A stretch of 64,000 nucleotides of DNA from Proteromonas lacertae. Its lineage: Eukaryota. The stretch spans positions 1 to 64,000 of the forward strand of contig NGBS01000595.1 of NCBI GenBank assembly GCA_002245135.1. Direction: 5' to 3'. A program made the position numbers and the translations under genes. Numbering within the stretch: position 1 is the stretch's first letter; the number at the start of each line of letters is the position of its first letter. Shown here one piece after another: positions 24,930 to 37,800 of the stretch. A model generated the notes under the pieces. The model was not told where the DNA came from. It ran no database searches and saw only the letters and a list, made by a program, of their open reading frames with translations.

Positions 24930-25943
24930 TTTAGAACGAAGTCACCCAGTTTGTAAAGACATGTCATACATGCCTCACGATATCTAAAAGCATATTTATG
25001 TCTAGTGGCTTGGCTTGACATTATTTCATTCCAAATTCTTTTTGCAGCTTCTTCTAGGCTATCTAAGTCTTTGAAATTGTTATCATCTTCACAAATCTTG
25101 TGTTTTAGAGTGGCCAGACCTTTTCAATAGGATTTAAGTCTGGAGAAAACTGTGGATGTCTGATAGGTTTCCAACTGTTTCTTTGAAGATAATCTGTGGT
25201 ATACCAACTTTTATGTATGCAGGCATTGTCTTATAAGAAATAACATTGTCTCTGATGGTTTACCAATGGATGCTGTTGAATTAGAGGCGGTAAAGTTTTA
25301 TTTAATAATCGGCAATATCTAACTGAATTTATGCCCTTACTTACGCCATCTTTGGGTTCAAATGACTTCTGCATAACCATCAGATCAGTGAATCCATACT
25401 CTGAAAAGGCACCCCAGACCATAACACCTGCGTTTCCTTTGATCCTTTGCTTCCTAATAATAGGTTTTCCAGAGATAATCCATCCAACACTTTTAACATT
25501 TCTAAGTCTAATCATCGACTCATCTGAGAACATAATCGTCTTACAATCCAAGAATATGTTTTGAGATACTATCATTAATCTTTTTTCAACGTTCTTTTGG
25601 GTCAAGCATTTCTGAGTGTTTTGGTAGATTGAATTGTTATGCCATTAACTTGACTTCTCAAGATATAATCTCTAACAGCTTGCCCACTAATGTTAGAGTT
25701 CAAAATATTTGGCTTTCTCCCTCTTTTAAGCTTAGGTGGTGAAATACTTGATATGGCTTTGGATGTCTTCAACCCCATAATTTGTAAGTACTTCCAAATA
25801 GTACTCTTGGTTCTTGCCATTTTTAAGGCAATTTCTCCAATACTACAAGATTGATTTACCAGAGCTCTAATTTTCTCTTTTATAGACTCTGTAACAGGAG
25901 TTTTTTTGACAGTGACTTTACATGGTAGTTTTGGGGATCTCAT
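24930..25943 (-). mobile_element. Tc1/IS630 DDE transposase, frameshifted
   Basis: HTH, GRKP, MFSDES, VMVWGAF, FL*DNACIH, SPDLNPIE. Confidence 0.9.
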
Positions 25944-26374
25944 TTGCTCTAATTAGGGAGAAAGATCTAAATAAAGGGAATGAAAATTCAGACAAAACGA
26001 CTATTTTTATTGAAATCGTTCGATTTTTGTTTTTTCGATTTTTAATTATGAAATAGTTATTTGATCAGTCTATAATTAAAATTTTGTTAATTACCTATAA
26101 GGTAGCAATAGATTTATGATATAAAAATCAATAGATAAAGAGACATTTCATAAAGTGAGAAATAAAAATTAAAAAAAATACAACAGCAGTTTAGTTTTTT
26201 TTATTATTTTTGGTTATATTTTTTTTTGGCTGAATTATTGATAGTTTTCTTTTATTTTATAAAAACTCTATCAAGTCAAGCTTGTAAATAGTACAAAAAA
26301 ATAAAGACAATACATATGTATAGTATAAAAAGAGAATGGGATGGTCAAGCCAAACCCATTTTTGATTCTACTAT

Positions 26375-26509
26375 TACATATAAAATGCATGTTATGTGTA
26401 AAGAATATAAAATCCCAGTAGATAAAATGGACAATCAAATTAATGAAAATAACGATAGTAGTTTAAATATAATAACTTTCCCAAATTTTATAAAAAATAA
26501 AAGATTAAA
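26375..26509 (+). repeat. 135-bp direct copy of GT77 gene segment 23075-23209
   Basis: Near-identical at an offset of 3300 bp (CKEYKIPVDKMDNQINENNDSSLNII). Confidence 0.92.
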
Positions 26510-26707
26510 GTTCAGGCTCTACGATCAGTCTCCGCGATTCTATTAAAAGCCCTTTCAAGGTCACTAGCGTAGCCAAGAGAGTCCAGAGCATGTTTAGATT
26601 CATCATCTTGAGGTAACTAACACTTGAATGTACCTTCTAGAAATCCCAGTAGGAGATAGTCCCATAGGATATATTAATGTTCATATAAATAAGAAAATAA
26701 AATAAAG

Positions 26708-26950
26708 TTGAAGTTTTATATATATTTATTATTTCTGTTTTCAATTACATTTTACTATAGTATAAATAATAAATACAAAAGAAAATGTTTTAATATTGCT
26801 CATGGCTGCGGAGTGATAGATACAATTAAATATACTAATTCTTTAGAAGCATTTATTAAATCATATTCTTATGGTTTTATAAACATTGAAATTGATATGT
26901 TATCAACAAAAGATGGACATATAGTAGGAGCACATGATTGGAATAGGTTT
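26708..26950 (+). pseudogene. 5' fragment of glycerophosphodiester phosphodiesterase (GDPD)
   Basis: TM, then IAHGCG...TNSLEAF...GF..IEIDM..TKDGHIV.AHD; abuts the hAT transposase. Confidence 0.75.
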
Positions 26951-28284
26951 AAGACATCTTAATAGCTGCTACCATGTCACTGGCGCTATCGCTTGTTGCC
27001 GTTATTATTTTGTCATCTAATACAGTATTTTGTAAATTGTTTAGTATAATTAATGTAGTTTCAGACTTTTTATTATCTACTTGTTTTGTATATATTAAAT
27101 ATGATGTAATATTCATATCCTTCATGAAGTCCACAAAAATAGCTAAGTAGTTTGTCCTTTTACCTTTCCAATGGTCCATTTGAATATTCACAAATTTAGT
27201 GTTTTCTATGTCGCATTCCATTTTCTTTTTTATTAACGATATAATTGAATCGGTCGTATCTGATATTTACTTATATGTAGGTAATTTTATATGTAATGTA
27301 TCAAAAAAACTACTGAACCCATATCCATCTCCAAATCGCAAAGGTCGACAATCTATGTGTAACGCTGCCACGTATTGGTAAAGAATTTTTCTATTGATAT
27401 TGCTGAATGTTGGTATTGTTGTCTGATTAAAGTGTTGGATTAAATTTTTGTTTTTAATACACTCTTCACTAAATTTATGTTTCTTCATTAGATGGCTTTT
27501 TAAGTGTGATGTGTTTGAATCCTTTTGTCTACCTAATTATATCTATTATAAAATAAATACCAATATTGACGTTAAAATTGCATAGGATGTGTTGTTCCCC
27601 GTTGAGTACAACTCCCCGTTGAGCGATTAGAGACTTTAGAAACAAACTAAATGCATATTCTTACTTATTTTGATGAAAAATTGTTACTTTTGTGCTTGCT
27701 TTGTCATATAACCTATGTCTGCAAGATACTTTTTTGATAATTTTAATATTGTATATATGAAACGCATTTATTTTTATGTTTCGTTTTAGTGTTTCATTCA
27801 CTACTACAGACTAAAATACATTAACTGAGATGATTAGAATACTTAGATTGTGATTTGAAGACGCTTAAAAACCAAACAATGAAAATATATACAAGCCTCA
27901 CTCAAGCCAACTTTTTACATTTCTTTTTAGACAGTAATATATTATCGTTCAATAATTCTAATCGCCTCAGTTAATGTATTTTAGTCTGTAGTAATGAATG
28001 AAACACTAAAACGAAACATAAAAATAAATGCGTTTCATATATACAATATTAAAATTATCAAAAAAGTATCTTGCAGACATAGGTTATATGACAAAGCAAG
28101 CACAAAAGTAACAATTTTTCATCAAAATAAGTAAGAATATGCATTTAGTTTGTTTCTAAAGTCTCTAATCGCTCAACGGGGAGTTGTACTCAACGGGGAA
28201 CAACAGGATGCATTTTCTTTTATATACAATACCATCTCTAAATTTTGGTCCAAATAATATAGCAGATTGACAAAGAAAACTCAT
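26950..28284 (-). pseudogene. hAT transposase 5' half, interrupted by a MITE
   Basis: Removing the MITE and an intron gives BED finger KCILC...NTSHLKSHLMKKH; RPL, QMDHW, TSDSASDM. Confidence 0.85.
27590..28205. mobile_element. Foldback MITE family A, TSD GGATG
   Basis: TGTTGTTCCCCGTTGAG...CTCAACGGGGAACAACA, long inverted arms, 5-bp direct repeat on both flanks. Confidence 0.93.
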
Positions 28285-28852
28285 AAAAAAGATAAAGATT
28301 ATTTTTTGATAATTATTTTTTTATAGTTACATTATATAGCAATTTCAATACATTTTTATACTTTAAATCACTCCCCCTTCACTTTTTATTTTTTTTATTT
28401 TTTTATGAAACCCAGCGCCTGCCTGCACCACGGCAACGTAGAAATATCGTAGAACTAGCGCCTTTTTAGCACCTTAGTAATATTTTTCTAAAATGTCTAT
28501 CATATCTTTCTATTAACTTTACCAAAATAAGATGGCTTAGCAATAAAGCTTGTCTTCTAAAGTTATTATTCATCATTACAAAATTATTTTCACAATTTTT
28601 AAGGCATATACTCCAAGATAAACTAAGGAGAATTACAATGCCATAATGGATCTAAAGTAAAATTATTCCATATAACATCTCTAAAATGTTCAAATACACA
28701 TGTATTTTGATACGAATATATTTTAGTTATATATTTTTAAGTAGTTATACTTCATATTGAATGTTTTCTTATTATTGTTCATTTCTAGTTATAATCAAAT
28801 AAAACAGTCAACATCTATTACAGACAAATAAGTGTGAAAAAATATAATCTAT

Positions 28853-30087
28853 TTATTTACTAGATTTCTTCTGCTTTTTCCCTTTTCTATGTTTATCTTT
28901 ACTCAATTCATTATTCTTTTCTTGTTTTTTCAACATCTTTTCTCTCTTTCTCATTTTATTCTTTCCTTTATTCTTCATAGATTTTGCATTATCAGAAAAT
29001 AAACTATCTGTTATTTTAGATTCATCTGCTTTTTCAGTTTTTTCATTTTCTTCTTCTTCTTCTTCTTCTTCTTTTTCATCTTCATTTTTCTTTTCTTCTC
29101 TCACTCCATTTGCATATTTTCTAAATTTAGCTACAAAAAATCCATCTGTATTGTGAGTCTATAAATTAAAAAATATAAAATTTTATAATATATATATATA
29201 CATGTGGATAGAATCTTCTAGTTAAATTCAATGATTCATGAAAATGATGTGATTGATATTTCGTTAATCCATTATTTCCAAATGGTAATTCAGTATCAAT
29301 TAACTTCACAAATCTTTTTCTCAATGCATAATTCACTACCATTTCATTTTCTTGTACTGATATTGAACAAGTGGAATATACAATAATACCACCTGTTTTA
29401 CTATTACAATCAACACTGTCTATTGCAGATAGAATTAATTTCTTTTGTATTACACTGTTCTTTATTACATCTTCAGTTGTTCTTGTGGCTTTGATTGTAC
29501 TATCTCTAGATATAACTCCTAAACCTGAACATGGAGCATCTAATAATACTCGATCAAAACCACTGAGTAGTTTGGGGAAATCTGTACCATTTTGATTGAC
29601 TATTATACAATTTTGAACTCCTAATCTATAAAATATTAAAAACATGAAAGAAAAAATGAAATATATATATAATCTCTCAAATTCTAAAAGAAAAATATCG
29701 ACATATAGGGTGATTCAGACCCGAAAGATGTGTGTTTGAATATTACATCATTGAGATTATTATAATATTATATATATATATATATACCTTGATAGATTAG
29801 CAGTAGTTGCTTTTAATCTTTCCAATTTCAAATCATTGGCAATCAATGTTCCTGTATTCTTCATTAATTGTGCAATATAGGAAGTCTTACCACCTGGAGC
29901 TGAACACATATCCAATACTCTTTCATTTGGCTATAAAAATAAATAAATAAATGAAATAATAATAATAATAATAATATATTATATGATAAATAATCTCTCA
30001 AATTCTAAAAGAAAAATATCGACATATAGGTGATTCAGACCCGAAAGATGTGTGTTTGAATATACATCATTGAGATAATAATAATAA

Positions 30088-30126
<39 letters not shown>

Positions 30127-31326
30127 ATAATATACTTGTGGTTGTAAAGCCATTACTGGCAAAAATGAAGCAGCAGATTGTAGCATATAATGTCCAGCTA
30201 AATATTCTGGAGTTGCACCAATACTTATTGGTGTTTCATATATAATTAGTCCAACTTTAGACCATTCACCAACTGGATCACAATTTATACCTCTTTGAAT
30301 AAGATTCTGTGCTAATACCTTTCTTCTTGTTTTTAATGTGTTTGTACGTATAACAACTGGTCTTTCTGTCTCCATTGCTTCTAAAAAGTTGAATAATTCT
30401 GAGGGACTAAATAAGGGGATTAATATATTGTCTATTAAGTCTTCATTATAACCATAATATATTTGAACATCTTTAGATAGTTGTTGAATAAATTCTGAAC
30501 GACTTTTCTCTGACTTTTTGAGTAATTCTTTATCACTTAATACTTGTACAGTATCTTGTATTCTTTCTTTTAGTTTTTGATAATCTAATGTAGAAGCAGC
30601 ATTTAATAAATCTTCATCTTTAGTTAACTCAGTTCTATATAAACATAAATATATTTTAAATTAGTAAAAATTATAAATATAAATCTCTCAAATTCTAAAA
30701 GAAAAATATCGACACATAGGTAATTCAGACCCGAAAGATGTGTGTTTGAATATTACATCATTGAGATTATTATCATATTATATTAATATATATTATAAAT
30801 ACAATTTCATATCAGTTTCTGCATCTTCTTGCTTTGATTCTTCATGTGCATGTATATGTCCTTCTTCATCCTCATCATCCTCATTTTCACTTTCTTCTTC
30901 ACTTTCTTCACCTTCTGACTCTTTTTCTTCATCATCTTCTTTTTCTTCGTCATCTGATTCTCCAAAACTAATAAATATAATAAATATATATATATAATAC
31001 ATCTGTTTCTTAGATTTTGGATTGAATGTAACTTCTCCATCACTATCATCTTTGAATAATCTGTTTTCAATATCTTCTTCATCTTCACCTTCAGAAAATA
31101 GTTGTTCCTCATTATCCTCTGAATTTGCACCATTATCGGAACTTTCTTCATTATCACTCATCTTTATGTTATTTACTTCTGTTTCTTCCATTTCTGAATC
31201 ATTTGCCTCTTCTTCTGAATCTGGTATCTGTTCTTTATTAATTCTTTGTTTTTTACTTGGACTTTCTTCTTCTGTTGTACTGTTCTGTATAGTCTGATTA
31301 TTCTTTCTCTTCTTATTCTTCCCCAT
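28853..31326 (-). CDS. NOP2: NOP2/NSUN1 rRNA m5C methyltransferase, five introns
   Basis: RPVVIRTNTLKTRR, GATPEYLAGHY, LDMCSAPGGKT, DRVLLDAPCSG, VYSTCS, RFYPH; acidic N-terminus, basic C-terminus. Confidence 0.95.
29671..29758 (-). ncRNA. Intronic box C/D snoRNA (snR39b/SNORD2-like), copy 3
   Basis: Stem AATCTC/GAGATT, C-like ATGATG, guide CATCTTTCGGGT then CTGA, D-like TTGA; in intron 29626-29787. Confidence 0.8.
29992..30076 (-). ncRNA. Intronic box C/D snoRNA (snR39b/SNORD2-like), copy 2
   Basis: Same sequence, in intron 29931-30135. Confidence 0.8.
30682..30768 (-). ncRNA. Intronic box C/D snoRNA (snR39b/SNORD2-like), copy 1
   Basis: Same sequence, in intron 30635-30802. Confidence 0.8.
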
Positions 31327-31468
31327 TTAAATAAATGACATGCAAATATTTGGCTTGAATTCAAATCAATTAACAAAAGTAAATTGTATTTTCTTAAAAA
31401 TGTGTATATAGACTAATCGGCCCTTTTATAACAGTCTTAATTATGTAATTTCAAATAATAGTAGAAAA

Positions 31469-32660
31469 ATGCAAAGTCTAAAGAGAAAAATAACTAATAA
31501 AATTGTGAATTATTCTATATCCTCTATTAATATGAAATGTGTGATATATTTTATCGAAAACATTAAAAATATCAGCATTATAACAAATGATAATATTTTA
31601 CCATTTCATATAATAGGTTATTCCAATTCTACACTGACACTTCAATTTATATCGAAGAATAGAGAAGAAAAACAACAAATGCTAGACAATCTAATCATTA
31701 GTAGTATAATTGGAATATCAATAGAAGAGTTGCTGAATTTATTAACAAAAGACTATAAACCCAAAGGCATTTTTGAAGAAGAAGAAACTCTCATTCAAGA
31801 TAATATAATACAACAAAAATGGCAAAATGATATGATATTAAAGTTCTTATTAATAGATAATCATTATTATTATGTTTCTTATCATCCTTTAGAATTGTCA
31901 ATAATAGAAACAATCAATATAACAGTAGAAGAATATATAAATAAGAATAATAAAAGTATAAGATTCTGGAATTGTATAACTATCATTGTTGTTTATAAAA
32001 TAGATAGAATTGGAGATATAGGGTTAGAGTATTTAAGTATGAAATTTATTTTAATGAGTAATTTAATAAAGCTTAATTTAAATGGTATATATATGTATAT
32101 ATTATAATGATTATAGCAAGTGGAATAAACAATTTAGGATTATCCTATTTATCAAACTCATTAAAATATATTGCACACCTTCAAGAATTATGGTTTCATT
32201 GTAATAACATTACTTATAATGGAATAAAATCATTATCAGAGAATCTTCATTATATAAATAACTTGAATAAATTGGGAATGAATAGAAATTATATAAGTGA
32301 TAATGGTTTAATTTATTTATGTAAATATTTAAGGGATATTCCTAACCTTATTCATCTTGATATAGGATGTATTAATTATGTTTATTATGTTTTTGTATAG
32401 ATAATTGTATAAAAGAAGATGGAATTAAAGAATTGTGTAATAGTTTAAATTATATATCAAAATTAAAGAAATTAAATCTAAGAGAGAATAGAATCTATGA
32501 TTTATGTAATAATATACTGATGGAAAAGTTGAAATTATGTCCAGAATTGGAATATTTAGATATAGAAGGTGAAAATATGCCTAATGAAGAAATTTATGAG
32601 AGAATTAAGAAGAATCATACAAATAATCTTTTAAATATTGTAAAATTAAAAGTAAATTAA
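31469..32660 (+). CDS. RNI-like leucine-rich repeat protein, spliced
   Basis: 28-aa LRRs (LQELWFHCNNITYNGIKSLSENL) separated by ~30-nt introns. Confidence 0.8.
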
Positions 32661-32790
32661 ATTCATTTTCATTATGTTATTCTTTTTAAAAAAAGATAAA
32701 ACACTAATAAACAATTATTTAAAATTAAACTACTATTCAACTAATCTACAAAAAATAACATTATGATTAAAATAAAAATAACACTCTCTA

Positions 32791-34107
32791 TTATTCTTCT
32801 TCCTCAATTGTACCAGGAATTGTTATCTCTTTTCCTCTCTTACTAATGCAAGTAGATGCACTTTGTTCCTTTTTAATCACTTTCTTATTATAATATGCAT
32901 TTACACTTTCATCACTTTTTTCATGTCTACCTAATGGTGAAAGTGGTGATCTTTGAGGTGAAGGTCTCTTTTTATTATAATTTATTTCTTCTACATTATT
33001 ATCACCATTATTATTTGTATTTGTATTTCCATTTCCATTATATGAAGAAGAGGATGATGATGATATTATTACTCTAGCACGAGTAGCAGGTATATAATAA
33101 TTTGAACTATTACTTTCACTACCATCCTTATTACTACTTAATCCACTTATATCACCAAATGAATAAGGCTCGAACTTCATCGAGCTATAAGTACTTCCTA
33201 TCCTTCTTAAAGCTACGATTCGTGGATCTTTTAATTCTTTGTATGGTATCGGATGGTATCTTACTTTAAAATAACTTAATATATCGTTCATATAATCATT
33301 TATGTTATTCATTTGTACTTCATAGTCATGTTTGTAAGGATTTGTTCCACCGAATATTTCGCGGTATAATTTACGACAGAATGGTTCCGTTGGACTTTCT
33401 CCACAATGAGTATCTCGATATTTCCAAATTTCAACCATTTCTAATTTTCGTCTTTTGATTGCTTTCCATCTGTCGTATCCGAGTGTACATTCACATAATC
33501 TCTTTTGAAGAGATACTAGTGATCTGAAAAAGGAGATATCGGTTGTTATAAAATGCATCATACTTGAAAATGAATAATAACCGTTTGAATTTGGAGTTAA
33601 CATCGTTAGTTTTTTCTCTTCGTATTTTTTAGCATCTTTTAGCCTGCCTATACAGCTAATCAAAGTATCTACATCTTCAATGTGTATATGGTTTAAATCA
33701 CGCATATCTAATATACAGAGCATTATATCTATTGTAATATATATAAATAGAACTACAATACATTTTATTATAAAATCTGAAGAGCAAACACAAAAAATGA
33801 GTAACAATTGGATGAAATCATTGAAATTGACACATTCATAGAAGGGAAAAATATGTTTTGATAAATGATTCTTTTGTATATTAGCCCATCGCATAAAAAT
33901 GTCTTTTTCAATGATTTTATTATTTTGTCTAGGAATAAAAAATATAATGCCATACATGTGTATTATATGTGTAAATAAATCTTCTAATTCTAGAGCTTCT
34001 GATCTATCCACTAAGAAGAATAAATACTTTAGTATACAGAAGCATAATTCAGCCAGTTTAAGTGAAATTTCATCTAAAAAATAAACATTAAGCTGATTAT
34101 CAGACAT
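32791..34107 (-). CDS. Uncharacterised protein with degenerate EF-hand-like region and Ser/Asn-rich tail, probably spliced
   Basis: Long ORF; VNFNDFI and LQKRL...TLG..RW segments; likely in-frame introns. Confidence 0.5.
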   Translation of the reverse strand: MSDNQLNVYFLDEISLKLAELCFCILKYLFFLVDRSEALELEDLFTHIIHMYGIIFFIPRQNNKIIEKDIFMRWANIQKNHLSKHIFPFYECVNFNDFIQLLLIFCVCSSDFIIKCIVVLFIYITIDIMLCILDMRDLNHIHIEDVDTLISCIGRLKDAKKYEEKKLTMLTPNSNGYYSFSSMMHFITTDISFFRSLVSLQKRLCECTLGYDRWKAIKRRKLEMVEIWKYRDTHCGESPTEPFCRKLYREIFGGTNPYKHDYEVQMNNINDYMNDILSYFKVRYHPIPYKELKDPRIVALRRIGSTYSSMKFEPYSFGDISGLSSNKDGSESNSSNYYIPATRARVIISSSSSSSYNGNGNTNTNNNGDNNVEEINYNKKRPSPQRSPLSPLGRHEKSDESVNAYYNKKVIKKEQSASTCISKRGKEITIPGTIEEEE

Positions 34108-34313
34108 AACTACAAAAATGAATTTCAAACCAAGCTTTTTAATCAATTAATCGTTACGTTTCAAAAGAATGAAGAATACCGTATTAGTACTTCATTCTAC
34201 TGATAATTCAATAACATTTATCGTGTGAACATGACTTACAAAAAGCAAAAAGTGTAATAGAAATATGAATATCATGTTTAAAAATAAGTGACATAATTTA
34301 ATTTATAACATCT

Positions 34314-36031
34314 TTAATCTTGCTTCTTCTCTTCTGACTTGGTATTTTTAATTTCTTCTAACTTATTTCTGAACTTCCTTGTTATGGAGACTTGATCTTC
34401 TAAGTATTCTATATAACAATCCATCACTTCAGTAGAAGTATCATTATTAATTGTAATAGAAGGAGGTAGCAAATTAGCTGTAATTGAATTACCTTGTTGA
34501 TTTGTTTGAAATTGATTAGCTCCAGAGAATGACATTTGTGATAAAAATGGAAAAAATGGAAAAGGGGGAGGCACAGGTGGAACTGGAGTGTTAATTTGAG
34601 AAGATCGAGTTGTTGTTGTATTACTATTATTGGATATATTGTTGTTGTTGGTATTGGTAGTTAAACTAGGTTGAGGTGCAGGAGAAGCAGTAGGGAATGT
34701 CACTGGAGGTGGCTGTTGTTGTTGTTGATTATTATTATTATTATTATTTGGTGTTAAAGTTGGTGTTGGTGTATTTAAAGTGTTAGTAGTATTAGCAGTT
34801 GTTGTTGTTGATGTAGTTGATGATGATGTAATAGGAGGAGGTGATGGAGTTACATTATTATTATTATGAAGTTGTTGTACTGGTTGTTGAACAGGAGGTT
34901 GTTGTTGTTGCTGCTGCTGTTGTTGTTGTTGTTGTTGTTGTTGTTGTACTGGTTGTTGTTGTTGTTGAGGTGGTGGATTATTCAATATTTCACTTCTACA
35001 CATTGGACATATTTGTTGTTGTGATAACCAATCTTGCAAACATCTGAAATGGAATATATGACCACATGGTAACTTCTTACCACTTCTCATATCTTCTCGA
35101 CATATCACACATCTACCATCCGAATGTTGGTTTATCTCTTCAATAGTTGCATCTGGGAAACGGTTATTCAATTCACTTAGAGCTCTTCTGTACTGATAGT
35201 AATTAATGATTCTGTTGTATAATCCTCGACCAGTCATTATTAATTCTCTTAAAATATAGAAAGGTAATGTAAATCCTGATTTTGTATATAGTAACCAATA
35301 GAATGCTGCAAAAAGTGCTAATGTTATAATATCATTGAAAAATTCTACTATAAATACAAATGTTTGTTTATTTGGCCAATTTCCATCCAATTGATGATCT
35401 CTTATAAATATCACATATTTACATAAGGTAAGAAAGACATTACTGGATAAAATTGCGAATTCAAAACCAACATAGGAAGTTATGTTGAGTTGAAATCCTT
35501 CTGTCATTGCTGGATATATTACTGCATATAATACACAGTTATCTATGAAACTAAGTGATACAATTACAAATAAAAAACGAAGATGTTGGAATAAACTAAC
35601 TGCAGGTTGTTGTTCCATTGACTCTAATCTGGATTCACATATCCAATGGAATGATTGCGCTAATAAGAGTAAAACAAACATGAAATATGTTTTACCACTT
35701 CCTCTTTCTGGAAACATAGTCATAGCTATTGCTGTCTCTATTACTGAGTATCTAAAAATAAATAAATAAATAATGTATGTAAATACTGCATATTTGTTAC
35801 CCAATCTTCATATTCTAGATCTGTCAGTTTTCCAAAGAGTATTTTTTTCAATGATATAGCGAACATCCATACAGAACAAAAGGCAAAGTTACATAACACC
35901 ATTAAAGAAAAACCTGAATTTGTGAGGTGCATAACAGTTGTATAGAACTGTTGATTAATACCATATGAATATAATATCGTTCCAATTGTTACAATCAGTG
36001 TTAAAGCTGTGTAAGAGTAGATAGAAATCAT
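34314..36031 (-). CDS. HRD1: HRD1/synoviolin ERAD E3 ubiquitin ligase, one intron
   Basis: QQFY, LFGKL..E.E, FHW..E.R, RING-H2 CVICREDM..KKLPCGHIFH..CL..W..QQ.CP.CR, Pro/Gln tail. Confidence 0.93.
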
Positions 36032-36114
36032 TTTATAAAAAAGAAAAATATTCAAGCTTTTAAGTTTGATTATTCATTTTTTAAAAATCATTTTTTAGCA
36101 GTTGGTCAATCAAT

Positions 36115-36848
36115 ATGACATTCATACCTTGTCAGTATGCTTTAGATCTAGTCAAAGAAATAAAAAGAACAAACACAATTCCTCTATTTTCAGTATTTAC
36201 ATTCAATTTGATAGAAACATAGGATGAAAATATAAGGCATGTATCGGAAGAAATATTGGCATTGGTACAAGCTAATGAAGAAATTTTAAAGTATGTATAC
36301 AATTTTGAATAGTGTTTTTTGTAGTGCTCCATCCTTTAATGAAAATGATTCAACCCATGTTGCTACAATCAGCGTAAATCATGAAATAATAGAAAGAAAT
36401 AAAAGATGTGCTTTAGCTTACTTGTATTATTATAAATTATATATCACTATATATTATATAATGTTTAGAAATACACGTAAAGATAGAATAGCGAATATTA
36501 GATGGGAAATTGGAAGTATTAGCATTCCTTCTCAAATAGCTACTAATTTAAATACTGATGAAAAAATATTCTTCAATGAATATTGTGATAATTTAAGCGA
36601 ATATATGTCTAAAGTTGGATTGGATATATCTGCAGTATAATTAATAATGTTTTTATATGAATTTATCTTCTTAGAATCGACAACCTCCAAAGAATGTATA
36701 TACGAGTGTGAGAGTGTTAGAAGAGTGTGGTACTATAATGACAGATACTGGAAGTATATATCTTGAAAAGAATACTTGTCATAATCTTAAGAGATCTGAT
36801 GTTGAACATTTAATTCGGCAAGGATATCTTCAAGAGTTAGATAGTTAA
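36115..36848 (+). CDS. PSF1: GINS complex subunit Psf1, four short introns
   Basis: ALDLVKEI, ERNKRCALAYL, RI..IRW, PPK..Y..VRVL..CG, DVEHLIRQG. Confidence 0.9.
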
Positions 36849-37073
36849 TTAATATTGTTCTTTGTTTGTGAGATTTTCTATTTTATATATGAAAATATAA
36901 AGGTTGTTGATTAGCTAATTATAATTATAAAAATAACTGAGCTGAATAGATTATACTTTTCTCTTTACGTTAAAACATATAAACACTGGACTAAATGGGA
37001 AGTAGAATATAAAGATGATGATTGTATTATTCTTCATATACCCATCAATATCTAAGAGAAGATACAAAAGTGT

Positions 37074-37500
37074 TTGAAAGACCATGATTGGACAGTGAAT
37101 GATTTTATGATGAAATGGTTATTGCAAAAGAATTACTTCCCTTATGAATATGTAGAGCATGTGGATAAATTATACAATAAAAAAGAGTTCTTACCAAGAG
37201 AATCATTAAAGTCTAAATTGAAACAGGAAGAAGAAATTCCGCAATATATCTATAACTCTTGTCAAGCACTATGGAAGTTATTGGAGATGAATGATCAAAT
37301 AAAATATAACTTGTTCTATCTTACAATGGATGTATTAACTCTAACAAGTGTGTTTGATCATTTCAGAAATGTAATATTCAATCATTTCATATTGGATCCA
37401 TGTTGGCATATTACTTGTTCAAGGTTTAACATGGTATATATTTCTTAGAAGGTGTAATATCAAGATTGAGTTATTAACTAATCAAGACAAGTATAATTTC
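37074..37500 (+). mobile_element. Fragment of Polinton-type protein-primed DNA polymerase B
   Basis: QKNYFPYEY...LP..S.L...Y...YLTMDVLTLTSVFDHFR...LDP. Confidence 0.82.
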
Positions 37501-37800
37501 ATCCGTAAATAATATTAGTTATCTTAGAGATATTTTTCAATCAATAAATATATTTATCACAGATTATATAAAATATAATTTCGTTAATCCTTGCAAGAGA
37601 AAATATACTGATATCACACTTTTAAATAAAACATAAATAGTAAATGATATACTTATTGAAGAAACAACCATAGAAAAGATTAGCACAGAAAATTAAATAT
37701 CTAGTTCCTTCTTAACGTAATTCATCAAAAAAAGAGAAGAAAATCTAAATACCCAGAATTAGTAAATCATCTATATAATTGGTTTATAACTGCATATAAT

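Larger units (their letters stand above)
24496..28476 (-). mobile_element. hAT element with 8-bp TSD and replaced interior
   Basis: Ends TAAGGTG...CACCTTA; GTAATATT at 24488-24495 and 28477-28484. Confidence 0.82.

Noticed and set aside
27590..27625. Repeated CCCCGTTGAG / GCGCCGTTGAG units as CRISPR repeats
   Set aside because: Only two units per end, inside inverted arms with TSDs; no spacers or cas genes
29371..31376. Short ORFs overlapping NOP2 (and similar ones over HRD1, the Crinkler-like gene and LRR genes)
   Set aside because: Antisense or off-frame shadows of real genes
34700..34975. CAA/AAT trinucleotide tracts
   Set aside because: Coding polyQ/N/T in the HRD1 disordered tail
36848..36870. 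Blastocystis-type polyadenylation-created stop codons (TGTTTG-like motif after PSF1)
   Set aside because: The genes I could trace have genomic stop codons; cannot be shown without transcripts
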